From a virus (lineage: Duplodnaviria; Heunggongvirae; Uroviricota; Caudoviricetes), in the IMG/VR virus record IMGVR_UViG_2576861104_000010: 45,889 nt of DNA, one strand, 5' to 3'. The number at the start of each line of letters is the position of its first letter. The first letter of the stretch is position 1. The translations under genes and the position numbers were made by a program. Below, one piece after another: positions 41,642 to 45,889 of this stretch. Under the pieces are notes generated by a model. The model was not told the DNA's origin. It searched no databases and was given only the letters and a program-made list of their open reading frames with translations.

Positions 41642-42223
41642 ATGGCACCTATACCTTATGGGGTTTACAGCCAGGCTGATGGTGTATCGCCATTTCTGAA
41701 AGTTACTTTAACGAACTCTCAGTACCAGGTTACCGGATATATCAGCCAGGGGGCAGCAATGAACATGGCCCAGAATTGGGAAGCGCCGTTTACCGGTATG
41801 TCCATGGGGTCTGTTGCTGGTGCTTTCAGTGGTTTTGCGCAGGTTGGTACTGAAACAACGTCGGTGGCCCGTTGGAACAGCTTAATGGTTTGGGAGGGGG
41901 GAACACCGCCGACTTTCACGCTGCCAGTAACTTTCATCGCTTTGTTTGACCCATTCACGGAGGTTTCAGGAGCTATCGCCGCATTGTCAGCGATGATTAG
42001 CCCGGAACTTAAAGATGCCAGTATTGGTGGTCGAATCCCGGAGCGTGTGACGCTAAACATTGGTCGCCGGATCAACATCATTGATGTCGCTATCCAGGAC
42101 ATAAGTTTCGATCTCGATGCACCCAGGGACAGCAATGGGCATTTCCTGAAAAACACCGTCAACCTCCAGTTGACCGGTTCTTCGATATATAACAGCTCCG
42201 ATATTGTTCGGGCGTTCCAGTAA
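41642..42223 (+). CDS. Putative tail tube protein, 193 aa
   Basis: Position downstream of the sheath gene and size about 21 kDa; no diagnostic motif recognised. Confidence 0.4.
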   Translation: MAPIPYGVYSQADGVSPFLKVTLTNSQYQVTGYISQGAAMNMAQNWEAPFTGMSMGSVAGAFSGFAQVGTETTSVARWNSLMVWEGGTPPTFTLPVTFIALFDPFTEVSGAIAALSAMISPELKDASIGGRIPERVTLNIGRRINIIDVAIQDISFDLDAPRDSNGHFLKNTVNLQLTGSSIYNSSDIVRAFQ

Positions 42224-42234
42224 AAGGATTTTAT

Positions 42235-42744
42235 ATGGGGCACAATAACACTAAGGGAAACCGTAAATTTATTAAGGGCCGCTATACTGCCAACGCGGCC
42301 AAAGGCGAACGACTGGTATCTTCTGAATTCCAGCTCACTTTTGCAGGCCATGAAGATATCAGCGTACTGGTTCGCACGTCGCAAATTCCTGAAATGACCC
42401 GCGAGGATGTGGAGGACTATGGTCCGAATGGTGTGAAGTTCAACCAGCACGGTCCAATTCGAAACTCTGGGGAAATCCAGGTCCAGTGCGTGGAGACTAT
42501 CGAAGGCGATATTCTTCAGTTCATTAAAGATCGCATTGCGGCGAAGGACTATGTTGATATCACGATGGCTGCTACCCCTGAATCCAAATCTTCCGGGGTT
42601 AACGCTGTGACAAAAGCTGCTACAACAATTGAAATGTTGGACTGCAAAATCTACAGTGATGCAATCGACTTTAGTACCGAAGATGTGACTGCCGCTGTGC
42701 GCCCGTCACTTCGTATCGTCTACAACTGGATTGAGTGGGATTAA
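42235..42744 (+). CDS. Hypothetical tail-associated protein, 169 aa
   Basis: Last gene of the operon, followed by a GC-rich hairpin (GGGGGAGGT...CCTCCCC) at about 42770-42795. Confidence 0.4.
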   Translation: MGHNNTKGNRKFIKGRYTANAAKGERLVSSEFQLTFAGHEDISVLVRTSQIPEMTREDVEDYGPNGVKFNQHGPIRNSGEIQVQCVETIEGDILQFIKDRIAAKDYVDITMAATPESKSSGVNAVTKAATTIEMLDCKIYSDAIDFSTEDVTAAVRPSLRIVYNWIEWD

Positions 42745-42963
42745 GTGTTATCCCTTGTACTTTTAATCTTCTTCGGGGGAGGTTTACCTCCCCTTGATAC
42801 AACCGCATTCCACCGCCTAGCGAATAGAGTAAAATAACATCTTGTAAATACTCTGGTATGAAGTGAGTGTAAACTAACAGTTACCTATTAATAAATACTC
42901 CTATACTTTTCTACCTTAAATATTTAGTATGCACATGGTTAAATTTATGTAGCGTCAAAGTTT

Positions 42964-44034
42964 GTGAAGGCAAGATGTCCGTTAATCTTTGTCGAAGCAT
43001 ATATGGTTCTAGGAAGTATTGGCTTATTTAAGAGGAATGTCATGTTACGTATCAATGATATGAGCAATATTATTGTAGGTATTTACAGCAAAAAAAATGA
43101 AGAAAAATCATTTGAGTATATGTACTCTTATCTGACAAGGAAAACAGCTTATTTAACACGTGAGTTTATTCGTGATGGTAATCAGGATAAAGAATTATTA
43201 AAAAATACCTATATAGAAGCATTGTCTTGGCTTTTTGCAATCTGTGATAAACTTGAAATACAACCACAGGAAGCATTTTATAAAAAATTTCCTAGTTGCT
43301 GTCCTTATTGCTTAGGGGCGCCTTGTTCCTGTTCTCAAACACACAGAAAGCCAGAGAAAATAAGAAGCGCAAAAGGAATTAAAGATGAGCTTTTCAATAA
43401 ATATAACGCTATTAAACCTATGCAATTTCCGCCTTATGCGCCACGAATGATTAATGACATCTATCCGTCGAATAGAACCATTTGGTCTACTTTTGGTGGG
43501 TTTTATCATTCATCCAGGTTATTCGAAGAGTTGGGTGAGTTGCAAGAGGCTTATGCTAAATCAATTGAAGATAAAAATTACAACAAAGAAAATCTTCATG
43601 AAGAGTGTGCTGATATATATGCTTGGTTGTTTTCTTTATGGGGGATTATTTTTAAAGATGATGATCTTGGCGAGGCGTTTGAAAGTTATTATCTAAATGG
43701 TTGTCCTGTCTGCAATAAAAGAGAATGTGTTTGTGTCAGTTATTCAGGGAAGATTAGTAAAACTGATGAGAAAAGAGCATCATTGGAAAAACTTAAACAA
43801 GAGTTAGAACTTCTCTTGAAGGATGAGACGACAGGTGAGTTTAAGGAGAATTTAGAGTCTGCTATATCTGCAATTAAAGATGCGATAGACTCAGGAAAAG
43901 ATGCAGATAGCAGAAGAACTTTATCGGAAGTCGAAAGTGTTCTTGACTCAATCGAAAAAAATTCAGCCAAGATGTCTAGTGTGGCAAGTAACGCCCTTAA
44001 TGTTTTTAATGTAATCAGTAAGTTATTCCAATAA
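42964..44034 (+). CDS. Hypothetical protein in an AT-rich island with MazG-like motifs and two zinc-ribbon-like Cys clusters; probable start ATG about 43042 (about 330 aa)
   Basis: EELGELQEAY...EECADIYAWLFSLWG resembles the EExxE...ExxD core of MazG/all-alpha NTP pyrophosphohydrolases; CCPYCLGAPCSC and CPVCNKRECVC clusters; coiled-coil C-terminus; strong RBS AAGAGGA before the internal ATG. Confidence 0.55.
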   Translation: MKARCPLIFVEAYMVLGSIGLFKRNVMLRINDMSNIIVGIYSKKNEEKSFEYMYSYLTRKTAYLTREFIRDGNQDKELLKNTYIEALSWLFAICDKLEIQPQEAFYKKFPSCCPYCLGAPCSCSQTHRKPEKIRSAKGIKDELFNKYNAIKPMQFPPYAPRMINDIYPSNRTIWSTFGGFYHSSRLFEELGELQEAYAKSIEDKNYNKENLHEECADIYAWLFSLWGIIFKDDDLGEAFESYYLNGCPVCNKRECVCVSYSGKISKTDEKRASLEKLKQELELLLKDETTGEFKENLESAISAIKDAIDSGKDADSRRTLSEVESVLDSIEKNSAKMSSVASNALNVFNVISKLFQ

Positions 44035-44376
44035 TGGTGCCCACCGGTTTGTTAGAAAATGAACCGGTGTTGTATTATTTATTATTAAATTAATTTTAAT
44101 CCTAATAGATGGATGTTTGTTGTGGATATAATTTGTTTAAGTTTTAGGTGTATTTTTCCATATATAATCTAGGTGGTATTAGCAAAGCAAGTATGGAATT
44201 TTGTTAACAGCTAGATATTTCTGAAAGTCATCATGTCGCGAAGGCTATTGGGAGATATGGTCTGAATCTTTGCATGATGTGAAATAACTCCTTCTACTTC
44301 ATTGTGTTTTACACTATTGGGGAGAAAAGGGTGCATTGAGGTTACCAGACACACGAAAAGTGGCGGGGATCACTCC

Positions 44377-45715
44377 CATAAGCGCTAACTTAAGGGTTGT
44401 GGTATTACGCCTGATATGATTTAACGTGCCGATGAATTACTCTCACGATAACTGGTCAGCAATTCTGGCCCATATTGGTAAGCCCGAAGAACTGGATACT
44501 TCGGCACGTAATGCCGGGGCTCTAACCCGCCGCCGCGAAATTCGTGATGCTGCAACTCTGCTACGTCTGGGGCTGGCTTACGGCCCCGGGGGGATGTCAT
44601 TACGTGAAGTCACTGCATGGGCTCAGCTCCATGACGTTGCAACATTATCTGACGTGGCTCTCCTGAAGCGGCTGCGGAATGCCGCCGACTGGTTTGGCAT
44701 ACTTGCCGCACAAACACTTGCTGTACGCGCCGCAGTTACGGGTTGTACAAGCGGAAAGAGATTGCGTCTTGTCGATGGAACAGCAATCAGTGCGCCCGGG
44801 GGCGGCAGCGCTGAATGGCGACTACATATGGGATATGATCCTCATACCTGTCAGTTCACTGATTTTGAGCTAACCGACAGCAGAGACGCTGAACGGCTGG
44901 ACCGATTTGCGCAAACGGCAGACGAGATACGCATTGCTGACCGGGGATTCGGTTCGCGTCCCGAATGTATCCGCTCACTTGCTTTTGGAGAAGCTGATTA
45001 TATCGTCCGGGTTCACTGGCGAGGATTGCGCTGGTTAACTGCAGAAGGAATGCGCTTTGACATGATGGGTTTTCTGCGCGGGCTGGATTGCGGTAAGAAC
45101 GGTGAAACCACTGTAATGATAGGCAATTCAGGTAATAAAAAAGCCGGAGCTCCCTTTCCGGCACGTCTCATTGCCGTATCACTTCCTCCCGAAAAAGCAT
45201 TAATCAGTAAAACCCGACTGCTCAGCGAGAATCGTCGAAAAGGACGAGTAGTTCAGGCGGAAACGCTGGAAGCAGCGGGCCATGTGCTATTGCTAACATC
45301 ATTACCGGAAGATGAATATTCAGCAGAGCAAGTGGCTGATTGTTACCGTCTGCGATGGCAAATTGAACTGGCTTTTAAGCGGCTCAAAAGTTTGCTGCAC
45401 CTGGATGCTTTGCGTGCAAAGGAACCTGAACTCGCGAAAGCGTGGATATTTGCTAATCTACTCGCCGCATTTTTAATTGACGACATAATCCAGCCATCGC
45501 TGGATTTCCCCCCCAGAAGTGCCGGATCCGAAAAGAAGAACTAACTCGTTGTGGAGAATAACAAAAATGGTCATCTGGAGCTTACAGGTGGCCATTCGTG
45601 GGACAGTATCCCTGACAGCCTACAAAACGCAATTGAAGAACGCGAGGCATCGTCTTAACGAGGCACCGAGGCGTCGCATTCTTCAGATGGTTCAACCCTT
45701 AAGTTAGCGCTTATG
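44377..45715 (+). mobile_element. IS186 (IS4 family), complete, about 1339 bp
   Basis: Perfect 23-bp terminal inverted repeats CATAAGCGCTAACTTAAGGGTTG at 44377-44399 and 45693-45715 around a single transposase gene. Confidence 0.85.
44426..45544 (+). CDS. IS186 transposase (IS4-family DDE), about 370 aa
   Basis: Protein begins M(PM)NYSHDNWSAILAHIGKPEELDTSARNAGALTRRREIRDAATLLRLGLAYGPGG, matching recalled IS186 transposase; the true start may be the Met at 44432. Confidence 0.85.
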   Translation: MPMNYSHDNWSAILAHIGKPEELDTSARNAGALTRRREIRDAATLLRLGLAYGPGGMSLREVTAWAQLHDVATLSDVALLKRLRNAADWFGILAAQTLAVRAAVTGCTSGKRLRLVDGTAISAPGGGSAEWRLHMGYDPHTCQFTDFELTDSRDAERLDRFAQTADEIRIADRGFGSRPECIRSLAFGEADYIVRVHWRGLRWLTAEGMRFDMMGFLRGLDCGKNGETTVMIGNSGNKKAGAPFPARLIAVSLPPEKALISKTRLLSENRRKGRVVQAETLEAAGHVLLLTSLPEDEYSAEQVADCYRLRWQIELAFKRLKSLLHLDALRAKEPELAKAWIFANLLAAFLIDDIIQPSLDFPPRSAGSEKKN

Positions 45716-45736
45716 GGTTTTACCCCCGCGTGGTGG

Positions 45737-45889
45737 CTACTTCTTCGATTCGTAAGCGAGAACTGCCTTAAACTCCATACCACGTTCTCTGATACTCAAC
45801 TCACACAACGAGTCGCCTACCATCAGCGTGAATCCCAGTACTGTAAAACACAGCACTATGATTGCCACAAGGGCATATTTTGTCAGCAT
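45737..45889 (-). CDS. hok: Hok/Gef-family type I toxin (hokE-like), 50 aa
   Basis: [50 protein letters not shown] has the Hok membrane helix plus C-terminal ...AYES/EPKK signature; start codon is at the last base of the window, so mok/sok are not visible. Confidence 0.8.
   Translation of the reverse strand: MLTKYALVAIIVLCFTVLGFTLMVGDSLCELSIRERGMEFKAVLAYESKK

Noticed and set aside
44377-45715. IS186 as a composite transposon carrying cargo
   Set aside because: Only a single copy is present, with its own transposase and nothing else between the inverted repeats.

Overview
The window is a mosaic P1-family phage-plasmid segment, identified from an exact loxP site next to Cre, the C1 repressor with multiple ATTGCTCTAATAAATTT-type operators, and a RepA iteron replicon. 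Left to right: partial mat-like gene, ref, cre/cra, loxP, coi-c1, pacB/pacA with an internal pac site, lpa, post-doc genes and doc/phd; then a plus-strand type I R-M island (hsdM-hsdS-hsdR, EcoR124-like layout); a minus-strand block of early genes (HAD phosphatase, coiled-coil protein, GT-A-like protein, Ppp-like phosphatase, two DUF115/Rossmann paralogs, VRR-NUC, TraR-like); a plus-strand baseplate module; ban with a GT-B gene, tRNA-Ile(CAU) and tciABC-like genes; a 1.2-kb non-coding stretch with degenerate tRNA-like elements; an IS91-family element; oriR-repA-incA-parA-parB-parS; head, sheath and tube genes; an AT-rich single-gene island; IS186; and a hokE-like toxin gene at the window edge. 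Most worth a second look are the AT-rich island encoding a MazG-like zinc-ribbon protein, a candidate sRNA sharing a recurrent GATTGATTGG motif with a small hydrophobic ORF locus, and the uncharacterised early block around the DUF115 pair. All calls are from reading the sequence and recalled family features; no searches were run, and coordinates of short sites may be off by a few bases.
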